IMG/VR virus record: IMGVR_UViG_3300009159_000033
From: a virus
DNA: 64,000 nucleotides
Strand: one strand, 5' to 3'
Part shown: one piece after another, positions 35,744-45,757 of the stretch
Layout: each line of letters starts with the position of its first letter
Position numbering within the stretch: the first letter of the stretch is position 1
Notes under the pieces: model-generated
Told to the model about the DNA's origin: nothing
The model's database searches: none
What the model saw: the letters and a program-made list of their open reading frames with translations, nothing else
Position numbers and translations under genes: made by a program

Positions 35744-36252
35744 CTGTTCGGTCGGCATTGCAGGGAATAATCGACTACAGTAAGGCAGACTTACACAGTA
35801 ATATGTGGTGGACTCGTTGGAAATACTTAATTCGAGCAATGGAAGAATCCTCTCGAGAAAAACTTCTGCATCATGCCTATGAGTTTCAATTAGCATTAGT
35901 CTCTAGTTCAAAGCTTTCTTCCGAAGATTTCTCTAAGTTACAAAAAGAATGTAAAGAACTTTTTGCAGATTTAGAAGGAAGTTTGCGACCTTGGCTTGGT
36001 CGTTCTTCAGAAGATCGTCATACTAAGGATGTTGGAAGTTTTAAAGAACAGTGGAAAGCTTTAATGGGCTTTGACCCTGACGATTTAGAAGCTAAAGCAA
36101 AGTGGGAAAAGGAAGTAGGAGAAGCAGCAGAGTCCGTGACTAGCCGAGTGGTGGCGGCTCAAAATGAAGCGGCAGCACAGGAAGCTTCGTTTTACACCAA
36201 GTTAGAGAATATAAGGTTAAAGCGGCTTAGACAGCAAGGACGCATAAAATGA
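35704..36252 (+). CDS. Tail assembly chaperone -1 frame extension (lambda GT-like)
   Basis: -1 frame reads KFYERDRAAILTVRSALQGIIDY..; the track start is only a TTG at 35758; stop overlaps the tape-measure ATG. Confidence 0.65.
   Translation, partial: RPKFYERDRAAILTVRSALQGIIDYSKADLHSNMWWTRWKYLIRAMEESSREKLLHHAYEFQLALVSSSKLSSEDFSKLQKECKELFADLEGSLRPWLGRSSEDRHTKDVGSFKEQWKALMGFDPDDLEAKAKWEKEVGEAAESVTSRVVAAQNEAAAQEASFYTKLENIRLKRLRQQGRIK
35707..35716 (+). other. Putative programmed -1 ribosomal frameshift site
   Basis: In-frame C CCA AAT and A AAT TTT heptamers (X XXY YYZ); the -1 frame is open from 35704 to 36252. Confidence 0.7.
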
Positions 36253-39200
36253 CCATGGATCCCAGCCAACTATCGTGGATGCAGGATGCAACACAAGGAC
36301 TGCTGCCTGGTGGGCAATTTAGCCCGCATCCCTCGGGTGGTGCGGGGTATTTAGCACAATTAGCTAAAGGGTATAGTCCTGCGATACAAGGTAACTCACT
36401 CCCTGACACATCTCCCTTAGCCCCTCTTAACTTACAGCAGTATGGCATAGGTGGCATGCTAGCAGGTGCTGTTGGTAACTCTTACCTATCAGGACAGATG
36501 CAGCAGCAAGGCTTGCTGCCGATGGGCAATGCTGGTTCTTACATGCAAGCACATCGTACTCGTGAACATTTACGGATGAAGAACGATGTTAGCGCAGGAG
36601 TAGCGAGTCAAGACGCTGATGGTATCTATCGATCTTTCCGTGGAGCTGCAGCCTTGGCTGGAGTTCCGTTTGACCGTAAACAGCGAGAAGCAGCTCGTAA
36701 TATATCCGATACCGTTGCTTCGCTTGGGCCTACTCTTTCAATGGTTGCTCCTGATTTTATGGATGCAATTTCTGGAGAAAAAGGTAGCGTACAAGCGATG
36801 GCCGGTCAGATGATGGAAGCAAATCGTTACCGCGCAGATCCTATCACAGGCAAAATGGGTTACAGCACTGAATCAAATAAAAACCTAGTTAACAATGTTT
36901 TTGAAAACATGTTTTCTAAAGATAACATGGCTCAGATGAATGGCATGCGTGCCGGAGACATGGGACAAGCATACCGGCAGTTGTCTTCAGAAGGATTAGT
37001 TGGACCTACCGGAAGTTTGCGTGATCGCACCATCCAATCGCTGCAAGAAGGCAGAGAGCAGGGGATGGATTTAAAAGCTATAGGTAAAAAGGCTGGAGTT
37101 GAGATTAATGATGATACCAACCTCTCTAACTTATCTAATGAAGCATTAACTAAACTACGCAAGGATTCCACTGTCTCCGCTAAAATGGGCAAGGACGACG
37201 CTAGACAAGTGGCAGACCAGTTACAAGGCTATGTTGGGTCACTCTCTGCTATCCGTGAAGTGTTTGGAGAAAATGGAGACGCAAACGCACCTGTACCTAA
37301 ATTGATAAATGCGCTTAAAGCCATGACCTCAGGACAAATGCAAAAATTTAGTCCAGGGCAGCTTACCTCGATGGTTCGAGATATGCAGGCTATGTCTCAA
37401 CTTTCGGGTAAAAGTATCGACCAACTAGCTGCAATGAATCAGTATGCTAACACGCAGAACTCTCAGATGATGGGTGGGTATGGGGTTCATTTTAATCCTG
37501 CATCACTTAAGGTTGGAACTACTACGGGTATGGCTTTCGCTGAGCATGGCGGAGCTACCGGATTTGGTGCATTAAACCGAGAACAAGCAGAACAAGCATC
37601 CATGGGTTTATTCTCTCGTGGTATGGGCTCACAGATGAATAACGCTTTAGGTGCTTTAACACGCATCGAAGAAGCTGGAGGGTTTGCTGAGAATGAGGCT
37701 GGGCGGGAAATGAAAGCTGTGTTGGCAGCTGCCGACTCGGGAGCACACACTTACACATTTGTAGATGATAATGGTAAATCTAAGACAAAGAATACCCCAA
37801 CTAAAGAAAGTGAATTTAGAAGTATAGTTGGTAGGGGTGCTGTGGAAGGTATGAGCACCTCTGACTTTAATATGATGCTAGGAGATACCACTTCCAATTT
37901 ACGTGCTTTGTCTACTAACGAGGAAAGACAACAGGCGGCACTGCGCCAGCAGCCAGCTGAGGTTGCTAGAGAAATTGAAAGAAGCACAGCTAATCGATTA
38001 TCTTCAAACAAAGCACTTAAAGACCAAGTTTCAAGCCCTAAGGAGCGTGCAGAAATTGCTGCAGCATTAGGTAAAGCAGCTACAACGGCTACCGATGAAC
38101 TGACCATGGAGCAGCTACAAGATCCAAAACAAAGAAATCAAGCCATTGCAGATGCCCTACAATCAGAGGCGGGTAATCGTGGGGTAACTTTAACCGATGC
38201 AGAAGCTCAAAACATGGCTGCTACTTCCTTTGGACAAAGGGAGTCAGTACTACGCACAAGACTAGACATGGATGCAACTTCTTATGCTCAAACTCACGGC
38301 AAGGCTGTAAGAGAAAGTCGGGAAGACAAGCAAGCTGAAGTATCCGCACGCGCAGGTATAAACGAAGCGATGTCGGGATTAGGGCCAAAAGGTAGCTTCT
38401 TACAGCGGGCTTCCACTGCATTGCAGAAGCAGGGAGATCGAGGCGGAGAAGCTAATCTAGATACAATGCTGGGAGATATGTTTGCTGGGGACATGGACGA
38501 AGCCTCTAAACAATTAAACAAACCTTTGGAAAGTGTGCGGGCTAGCCAGTCTAAGATTGAAAGTTTAACTAATCAGCTACAAGGTGCCAGCCCCGAAGAT
38601 AAAAAGAGAATTCAAAAAGAGATTAAAGAAGAGACAGTAATGCTGAAGAAGCATGTGACAGCTAGTCGGGAGCTGGCAGATAGTCTTGGGCTTACAGATA
38701 AAGAAGGAGAATTTAATCAAGCCGATATTGCTAAAGGTAAAGAAGCTGCACGAGAATTAGATCACTTCAACCGAATAGAGCAAGTGCGGGTAAGCGGTGC
38801 GACTGCTACTGTGACAGATCTAGAAAGAAAAGGAGCTAGCACAACAAAACTTACAGACAATGACTTACGAGTAATTGCTGAAAAAGATCGCACTAACAAA
38901 TTACAAGAAGCGGATAAAATAGCAGCTGGCGATATAAAAAAGATGTCTCCAGAAGCTAAAGAAACTTACGATAAAGCGATTGCCAGCGGGGCTACGGAAG
39001 AGGCGGCACGCGCACGAGTAAAGGAAAAGTTAAGAAGTAATGTAGCTTCCGTAGATTCCCGAGCTAGGGAGATGAGGGAAGAACTAGGAACAGAAGCCAC
39101 GGTTGGTGGTTTAAAAGATAAAGAAGTCCAAGATGCAATTATTCAAAAGCGACGCAGTGATGTAGAAATGAAGCCGACAGCTAAAGCGGTTGAAGACCGA

Positions 39201-42200
39201 ACAGAGAAGATGCGGACAGAGATGGAAGGACAACAAAAGAAAGCTACTACAGAAGAAATTAATGCCCTTACTCCCGCTGCCCGCAAAGAATATAAAGAGA
39301 ATGAAAAGCAGTTAAGCCGAAAAGCTGAAGATCAATTAATTGCGGAGAATCAGTTACGCAGTCTAGGAATACTTGGAGCAGAAGAAACTTTGAGTGGTAA
39401 GGGTGCAGATATTGCCAAGTTTGAAGGGTTAAAAGGTAAAGATAAAGATCAGCTTCGCAAAGACCTAGCTGCAGCCAAAACTGAAGACAGAGCAGCAATT
39501 GTCAGCAAGTATATTGACAACAAACAAGTTGAGCAGTTTTATGGGAAAACCGAAGCAGAAGTTACAAAGAAAAGAGATTCTGCAAATACCTACGCAACAT
39601 CTTCCGAAGGCCAGCGAGCAGCTCAAGACACCGAATCCCGAATAGGTAGTCTTTCTGACACAAGACGAGAATTTCTATCTGATGCCAAAGCGGTTAGTCG
39701 TGGAGGTGCCCGCTCAATAATAGCTGCAAAGCAAAGTCGAGAAGCTGAAGAAGAACTTCAGACTATGGCGAATAAGTATTTTGATGGGAATGTTGGCAAG
39801 ATGGTTAGCAGTGGCGGGGCTGCGATGACAGAAGAAAACTATGCCAAGGTTAAAACCGACCTTGGTAAATTGTCTGACGCAGAAAAGACCACAGTAACTG
39901 AGCGGTTAAAAGCTGCGGGTCAAGACATAGGCGGGTCAAAGAATCTTAACGAAAAGCATTATGCTGCTTACCTTTCGCTTAAATCCAAAGACCTAGTTGG
40001 AACGATGAAAGATTCGATAGAGGGTATGTCTGGCGGAGCGGGGCAGACCTATGCCGAGCTACTTAAGCCAACAGATGCAACTAAGACAATGGCAAAAGAG
40101 ATGATGGGTAAGGATGTATCAAGTGCACAAGAAACAGGGCTACAAGCTATTAGTTCTGCTGCCACTTTAAACAACATAGATGTTAAGAAGGCTACGGCTG
40201 GTTTAGATATGAAAAAAATCACTAGCCAAATTGCAGCTGGTGCAAAAATTGATACATCAAAAATGACGGAAGAACAAAAAACTTTAATCAAATCGGCAGA
40301 AGGAATGAAAGGGTTATCGAGTCTAACTAAGGAACAGATTAAATCCTTAGAGACTATTTCTAAAGAAGAAACAAAAGATATTAAAAAGGAAGCAGAAGCT
40401 TTAGGTATGACGGAAGAAGAATACCGCAAAGCTGCTAAAGATGGGGTTATTGATCCTAAACTTAAACTGTTTAAGGATGAGACCACGAAAGGTGTTACTG
40501 GGGCAGAAAAGCTTGAAATAGCAAGGAAAGGGGAAGTAACCTTAACTGATACGAAAAACCAATTAAAAGAAGCACAGGCAGCATTAGCAAAAGATCCAAA
40601 ATCTAAAGAAGCCAAGGCAGAAGTAGATCGATTACAAGGATCAGTAGCAGAGCAGACTGAAATAAAATCTGCTCGCATGAAAGAGGCTGGGTTAGATAGC
40701 AAAAAAGCCGAAGATGTTAAGAAGTATGAGCAACGCTTAGCAACTGAAGGTAAAGCAACTACCCCTAACATGTTCAAAGACGACCCAGAAAAGAAGGGCA
40801 TTACTGCAGTAGAAAAGCTTGAAACAGCAAAGAAAGAAGAAGCATCATTAACTGATACAAAAACTGAATTAGAAAAAGCAAAAGAAGAACTAGCAAAAGA
40901 TCCGGAATCAAAAAGTGTTAAAGCAAAAGTAGATCATTTGCAAGGTCTTGTAACAAAGAAGACTGAAGATAAATCTGCACGCATGAAAGAAGCGGGGCTG
41001 GATAGTAGCAAAGCTGAAGATGTTAAAAAGTATGAAGAAGGTTTAAAAGACGAAGGTAAAGCAGCTGACCCTAATCTTAGGTTGTTTAAAGATGATCCAG
41101 CTAAGAAAGGTAAAACTGCTACAGAAAAGCTTGAAATAGCAAAGAAAGAAGAAGTGGAATTAAAGGGCACAAAAGATCAATTAGCAAAAGCAAAAGAAGT
41201 ATTAGCAAAAGATCCAGAATCGGAAAAGGCAAAAGAAGATGTAGCTAAGTTAGAGAATGTCTTGGCAATTAGGAATAAAGATAAATCAGAACGAATGAAA
41301 GAAGTAGGTTTAGACAGTAGCAAAGCTGAAGATGTTAAGAAGTACGAAGAAGGCTTAAAGGACGAAAGTAAAGAAGCTGATCCTAATCTTAGATTGTTTA
41401 AAGATGATCCAGACAAGGTGGGTGGTAAGGGTAGAGGCACGGCTAAGGAGCAGTTACAAAAAGCAAGACAAGAAGAAGCATCATTAAAATCTACAAAAGA
41501 GCAACTGCGAAAAGCAGAAATTGCATTAGAGAAAAGGCCAGAAAATCCTGGGGCACAAAAGGAAGTAGAAAGGTTACGAGGACTCGTAACAAAGAAGACT
41601 GACGATAAAGCAGAAAAGATGAAAGAAGCTGGTTTAGATATAAACAAACCAGAAGATGTTAAAAAGTATGGTCAACTTTTAGATAATCAAGGTAAATTAG
41701 AACAGCTTGAAAAAAGTAAAGCGATCATAGCTGCAGAAGATAAAAAGTTAAAAGATAGCGGTATGTCTGATGAAGACATCGTTAAGTATAGAGGTATTCA
41801 AAAGGAGCAAGAAATAGCTGGCAAAAAACAGGCTAAAGAGCTTGCTGACAAAGATTTAGGCAGCGATGCCATGAATACTCTAGCTGATTCTTTCGGTAAG
41901 ACATCTAAAGAAGATCGTCAGAAGTTTAAGGAAGAGATGGGTAAAGGTGGCGGTAAGGGTGAGTCTGGAGACCGCAACAAGCAGATGGTTGCTAATGTCC
42001 TTAAAGATGTAGGCAAGTTAACCACAATCGGAGATAGCAAAACTTCAGCCATTGATAAGCTGGACATGCTTACGGATGAATATGCTGCAGCTAAAACACC
42101 AGACGCAAAAAAAGCATTAGCAAAGAAGCATGGTATGTCTGAGGATGCCTTAGAAAGCACAATGAAGAAGACTGAGTTTTTAGGTATGAAAGATAAAAAA

Positions 42201-42383
42201 GACAAGTACACAGAAAAAGATTTGAATGAGTCTTTAGGTCGAGTTGGCAAGCGAGATGTGGAAACAGAAGTTAAAAAGGAAGCTGATCGCACCATGAAGC
42301 TAACTGGTACACTACAAGTTAAAGGCACAATCAATGGTGAAGGAACTTTAAACGATACTACTTCAACTGGTGGTACCCGCTAA
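36249..42383 (+). CDS. Tape measure protein
   Basis: 2044 aa, helical, Ala/Lys/Glu-rich, no Cys, follows the chaperone pair and precedes baseplate genes. Confidence 0.85.
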   Translation: MTMDPSQLSWMQDATQGLLPGGQFSPHPSGGAGYLAQLAKGYSPAIQGNSLPDTSPLAPLNLQQYGIGGMLAGAVGNSYLSGQMQQQGLLPMGNAGSYMQAHRTREHLRMKNDVSAGVASQDADGIYRSFRGAAALAGVPFDRKQREAARNISDTVASLGPTLSMVAPDFMDAISGEKGSVQAMAGQMMEANRYRADPITGKMGYSTESNKNLVNNVFENMFSKDNMAQMNGMRAGDMGQAYRQLSSEGLVGPTGSLRDRTIQSLQEGREQGMDLKAIGKKAGVEINDDTNLSNLSNEALTKLRKDSTVSAKMGKDDARQVADQLQGYVGSLSAIREVFGENGDANAPVPKLINALKAMTSGQMQKFSPGQLTSMVRDMQAMSQLSGKSIDQLAAMNQYANTQNSQMMGGYGVHFNPASLKVGTTTGMAFAEHGGATGFGALNREQAEQASMGLFSRGMGSQMNNALGALTRIEEAGGFAENEAGREMKAVLAAADSGAHTYTFVDDNGKSKTKNTPTKESEFRSIVGRGAVEGMSTSDFNMMLGDTTSNLRALSTNEERQQAALRQQPAEVAREIERSTANRLSSNKALKDQVSSPKERAEIAAALGKAATTATDELTMEQLQDPKQRNQAIADALQSEAGNRGVTLTDAEAQNMAATSFGQRESVLRTRLDMDATSYAQTHGKAVRESREDKQAEVSARAGINEAMSGLGPKGSFLQRASTALQKQGDRGGEANLDTMLGDMFAGDMDEASKQLNKPLESVRASQSKIESLTNQLQGASPEDKKRIQKEIKEETVMLKKHVTASRELADSLGLTDKEGEFNQADIAKGKEAARELDHFNRIEQVRVSGATATVTDLERKGASTTKLTDNDLRVIAEKDRTNKLQEADKIAAGDIKKMSPEAKETYDKAIASGATEEAARARVKEKLRSNVASVDSRAREMREELGTEATVGGLKDKEVQDAIIQKRRSDVEMKPTAKAVEDRTEKMRTEMEGQQKKATTEEINALTPAARKEYKENEKQLSRKAEDQLIAENQLRSLGILGAEETLSGKGADIAKFEGLKGKDKDQLRKDLAAAKTEDRAAIVSKYIDNKQVEQFYGKTEAEVTKKRDSANTYATSSEGQRAAQDTESRIGSLSDTRREFLSDAKAVSRGGARSIIAAKQSREAEEELQTMANKYFDGNVGKMVSSGGAAMTEENYAKVKTDLGKLSDAEKTTVTERLKAAGQDIGGSKNLNEKHYAAYLSLKSKDLVGTMKDSIEGMSGGAGQTYAELLKPTDATKTMAKEMMGKDVSSAQETGLQAISSAATLNNIDVKKATAGLDMKKITSQIAAGAKIDTSKMTEEQKTLIKSAEGMKGLSSLTKEQIKSLETISKEETKDIKKEAEALGMTEEEYRKAAKDGVIDPKLKLFKDETTKGVTGAEKLEIARKGEVTLTDTKNQLKEAQAALAKDPKSKEAKAEVDRLQGSVAEQTEIKSARMKEAGLDSKKAEDVKKYEQRLATEGKATTPNMFKDDPEKKGITAVEKLETAKKEEASLTDTKTELEKAKEELAKDPESKSVKAKVDHLQGLVTKKTEDKSARMKEAGLDSSKAEDVKKYEEGLKDEGKAADPNLRLFKDDPAKKGKTATEKLEIAKKEEVELKGTKDQLAKAKEVLAKDPESEKAKEDVAKLENVLAIRNKDKSERMKEVGLDSSKAEDVKKYEEGLKDESKEADPNLRLFKDDPDKVGGKGRGTAKEQLQKARQEEASLKSTKEQLRKAEIALEKRPENPGAQKEVERLRGLVTKKTDDKAEKMKEAGLDINKPEDVKKYGQLLDNQGKLEQLEKSKAIIAAEDKKLKDSGMSDEDIVKYRGIQKEQEIAGKKQAKELADKDLGSDAMNTLADSFGKTSKEDRQKFKEEMGKGGGKGESGDRNKQMVANVLKDVGKLTTIGDSKTSAIDKLDMLTDEYAAAKTPDAKKALAKKHGMSEDALESTMKKTEFLGMKDKKDKYTEKDLNESLGRVGKRDVETEVKKEADRTMKLTGTLQVKGTINGEGTLNDTTSTGGTR
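40452..41694 (+). repeat. Four ~102-104-aa tandem repeats in the tape measure
   Basis: Units start at 40452, 40761, 41067, 41379: (DP)N..LFKDDP..EKLE.A.KEE..LAKDP.S..RMKEAGLD..KAEDVKKY. Confidence 0.9.
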
Positions 42384-42393
42384 GGAGTAAGAT

Positions 42394-42879
42394 ATGCCAG
42401 TCGTTTTTTCGAGAAATACTGGTCGAGTATTCCTGCTTCCTGATGCGGTTGCGGAAGGAGCTATTTCTATGGGGAATGTAGTTGGAAACACTCCAATTAC
42501 ATTTACGCAGCATACTACTATTATCACTCGAATCGGCGTTGCTGCTGCAGGAAATTTTCAATTTCTGCACACAATTGGTAATGATGTGTATATTTATGTT
42601 TTTGGAGATAGGATGGGGCAGGTAGATCTTCATGGCATATGCTTTGCACAACCTTGTGCCAATGGTGGAGTCAGTGCTCCTGAACATGGTTTTGAAAAAT
42701 TATTTAAATGGTACGAGACAAATCGTATATCGGTACGCAAAGAACCTGTAGTGGTGACCATCGGAGTTAACAAGTCTTTTCAAGGTTTTGTTACTGCTTT
42801 GACTGGGGATGCACAAGACTCACAGACTAGAACGATTAATTTTAATCTAACTATTTCTTTACTACCCCCAACAGATTAA
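42394..42879 (+). CDS. Putative tail tube initiator/baseplate tube-fold protein
   Basis: Directly after the tape measure; beta pattern (FQFLHTIGNDVYIYVFGDRMGQVDLHG). Confidence 0.5.
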   Translation: MPVVFSRNTGRVFLLPDAVAEGAISMGNVVGNTPITFTQHTTIITRIGVAAAGNFQFLHTIGNDVYIYVFGDRMGQVDLHGICFAQPCANGGVSAPEHGFEKLFKWYETNRISVRKEPVVVTIGVNKSFQGFVTALTGDAQDSQTRTINFNLTISLLPPTD

Positions 42880-42887
42880 GGCTACTT

Positions 42888-43682
42888 ATGTTCAATCACG
42901 CACGCACATTACTTTTGAATATAGATGGAGGGCCAGGATATTTCCCTGAGTGTCCTGGTGAAGAACTGATTCCGAGAGGCTATGAAAAGTTAGAACTTCC
43001 CACTTACCTCGATGTGTTTCGCTCTCGTTTCTTTGGTGCAGACCCTGACCGTGCTATGCTGAATTATCGTTCTTGGCAGTTGTTGCAATTGGTTGAAGCT
43101 ACGGAGTTACAATCCCATATCCTTGCATTAGATCCTCGCATTACTTATGACTTAAATGTTAATAGACTTAGTCTGCAGAACACATTTTTACCTAAGGTTA
43201 CACAACAAGGCGGAACCTCGTCACAGACCCTTACTTTGGCTGGAACCCCAATCAAACCAGATGTTTCGGGAAAAGCTACTTTTGATTATCAAATTAGCAT
43301 ACTTGAAGGCGAAATCATTAAAGTACAAAGGCTTACTTTTCCTTTAATAGATGTACAGCATCTACTAACTTTAACTGATGGGATCAGTCCATACTTTACA
43401 CTGCCTTTATCTGGTTATAGGTTTTGTGTGAGCACAACAGATCCCACAATATCTTGGCGGATACAAGGATACCTTAGGCCACAAAATAGCTTATCTGAAA
43501 TTGAGAAAGGGTTTCGTAGTATTGGAGAGCCTTACTTACTTCAACTCTTTGGTACATCTCCCGATGAGCCTTATGCTACTTTCCGAAATTGCTGGGAAAA
43601 ACATCCTGAGTTTGCTTATCGGCTAGGAAGCGTGGTACTTGCAATGATTTACCGTACGGAAGAAATATATAATGGCAGATAA
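42888..43682 (+). CDS. Hypothetical baseplate-region protein
   Basis: 264-aa ORF tiling the baseplate operon. Confidence 0.55.
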   Translation: MFNHARTLLLNIDGGPGYFPECPGEELIPRGYEKLELPTYLDVFRSRFFGADPDRAMLNYRSWQLLQLVEATELQSHILALDPRITYDLNVNRLSLQNTFLPKVTQQGGTSSQTLTLAGTPIKPDVSGKATFDYQISILEGEIIKVQRLTFPLIDVQHLLTLTDGISPYFTLPLSGYRFCVSTTDPTISWRIQGYLRPQNSLSEIEKGFRSIGEPYLLQLFGTSPDEPYATFRNCWEKHPEFAYRLGSVVLAMIYRTEEIYNGR

Positions 43683-45741
43683 ATCAACTAACTGGGCAAT
43701 GGTGGACTTATCTGCACGAGATGGCGGAGCATCATTAGTACTACGCATTGGAGGCGATCAAATTCCAGTATCTCAGTTTAGTATGAGTTATGGGCAAAAC
43801 GATATTCCAAAGGCTACGGCACTAGTGGCACTTGGGCGAGATGCTAGGACTGGAGATGTCTCGTCCATCTATCCGCAGATAAACGCAATTAAACAGATGG
43901 CGGCAGTGCGCGTATTTATCCGAGGTAATCTAGGGGATTGGTCTCCTCGTGGGATAGATGGTACAAAAGAATCTTTTCCAATTGCTAACGATGCCACTAT
44001 TTTTATTGGATATGTTTCAGGCATAAGCTATCGCCGTTCGGCGGGTCGTGTCAGTTTAGTTTTGAATTTGGTAAATCAATTAGTAGATTTGGCTCTTTCT
44101 TCCGGTGGAAGTAAAGATGTAGTGCCAGGATCTCCTAGCGATCTTATGCTGCCTATACACCTTGAAGGGTCAGGGGCCGGAAGGGCTGCAGATAAATTTA
44201 TAAATACGCTCAAAGTTGATTTAGAAACCGATTTTAGTGCGGCTGTGCTTAAAGTTTTAAAAAATGTTTCCAAAGAAAATCAGCTCCAAACCCACGAGGG
44301 TACAGCTTGGTGTCAAGGAGTCGATGGTCCAAAAGCTGATATAGAAGCTAATGAAATGGCAGCGTCAGTAATTGATGGCAAAGGTAGATGGCAAGGTATT
44401 TCTAATGCTGCAACTGGAACAGAAGTAGACAAGTATCTTGATGATTACCCTTTGTTAGTGCCTGGAGCACAAACACAAAAAGCAGCCACAGCTATTGGAG
44501 AACATGTTGCAGCTTCGCTTTCTGGTACAAGTATGTGGAGTATGATGATTGGTTCAATGTTAACAGATTTTGGCTGCGGGGTTATTCCTTGGGCATCTGG
44601 AGCAATTGTGGCTCCTATTCTTCCTATGGCAAAAGAGGCGCAGGTAATACTTAAAGCAGGAGAATATGTAGATTTTGATTTATCTACACAATGTCAGCGA
44701 CCTCTCTATGGGGTAGGTGTTATGGGTAATTTTCAAATGGGAACTCTTAACAGATCTCAAGATCCAAAGGTTTGCTGTGGTGCTACCTATGTGGCTAAAA
44801 CTGCAGATAATTTTCCAGCAAATGATGGTATGTGGATATTTGTAAAAGCTCCGAGTTGGCTAGATGATTGGGTTAACCAAGATCCGCAAGCTGCGGATGG
44901 TAACGCAGATATAATAAAAACGATGAATGAACCTTCGCACGACGCAACTGGTATTGATGAGGTAGCAATAAATCGGGATATAGGTACTGAAGCAGATGAC
45001 TGGAATGACGCAATGGCGGAATATGCAAAACTTATATATGCCATTAATGCCTTGCGTGGTAGAGAAGGCACTGTAGTAGGTAAGCTTAGGTTTGATATTA
45101 CCCCTGGTACGACCATAATGATAGAAGCCAAAGGAGATAAATACCTATCAGCTGGCGTGGATACCTTGGCAACGAATATGTATGGGCTTGTAGCTAAGGT
45201 ACATATATCTATTAATGCAGAACAAGCTTCAGCCACTACCGCTTTTGAATTAACTAATCTACGCACAGAAGTTGAAAATAATTCAGCGGACGGAAGATTT
45301 TCAATGCAGCGACATCCATTCTTTGGAAACAATTATTTTAAGTATGCACCACTAGTTCCAGGACTCACAGTGCCTAAAAAAGAGCCGGTAGCTGGGGCAT
45401 TACCTAATCCTAGCGTTGGAGTAGGTAGCGAAGGAGCTGAAACAACTCCGAGTGCAAGTTCTGTTGATGCAACAGGATTAGCCCGCATATTGGGGCCTAT
45501 CGCTGGAGGAATTTTTGATCCCTTGGACGCTTTCCCCTCCGATGATGTAGGTACGCAGCGAACCTTAAGCCCCGCAGATGTATTAGCTTCGCAACTATCC
45601 CCACCATATAACCCTGCCCTAGATGTTGAAAATAATCCTCAACCTGTAGATGAAACAGGTAACTTATATGTAGGAACAGGTGGTGGTTTTCCACTACCTG
45701 AAAAAGACAGTGGAGAAGCAGGACAAACTACAATAATTTAA
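43672..45741 (+). CDS. Putative baseplate hub (gp27/gpD-like) with an acidic Pro-rich C-terminal tail
   Basis: IPVSQFSMSYGQNDIPKATALVALG; EGTVVGKLRFDITPGTTIMI..GLVAKVHISI. Confidence 0.6.
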   Translation: MADKSTNWAMVDLSARDGGASLVLRIGGDQIPVSQFSMSYGQNDIPKATALVALGRDARTGDVSSIYPQINAIKQMAAVRVFIRGNLGDWSPRGIDGTKESFPIANDATIFIGYVSGISYRRSAGRVSLVLNLVNQLVDLALSSGGSKDVVPGSPSDLMLPIHLEGSGAGRAADKFINTLKVDLETDFSAAVLKVLKNVSKENQLQTHEGTAWCQGVDGPKADIEANEMAASVIDGKGRWQGISNAATGTEVDKYLDDYPLLVPGAQTQKAATAIGEHVAASLSGTSMWSMMIGSMLTDFGCGVIPWASGAIVAPILPMAKEAQVILKAGEYVDFDLSTQCQRPLYGVGVMGNFQMGTLNRSQDPKVCCGATYVAKTADNFPANDGMWIFVKAPSWLDDWVNQDPQAADGNADIIKTMNEPSHDATGIDEVAINRDIGTEADDWNDAMAEYAKLIYAINALRGREGTVVGKLRFDITPGTTIMIEAKGDKYLSAGVDTLATNMYGLVAKVHISINAEQASATTAFELTNLRTEVENNSADGRFSMQRHPFFGNNYFKYAPLVPGLTVPKKEPVAGALPNPSVGVGSEGAETTPSASSVDATGLARILGPIAGGIFDPLDAFPSDDVGTQRTLSPADVLASQLSPPYNPALDVENNPQPVDETGNLYVGTGGGFPLPEKDSGEAGQTTII

Positions 45742-45757
45742 CAAGGAGTACCTAATC

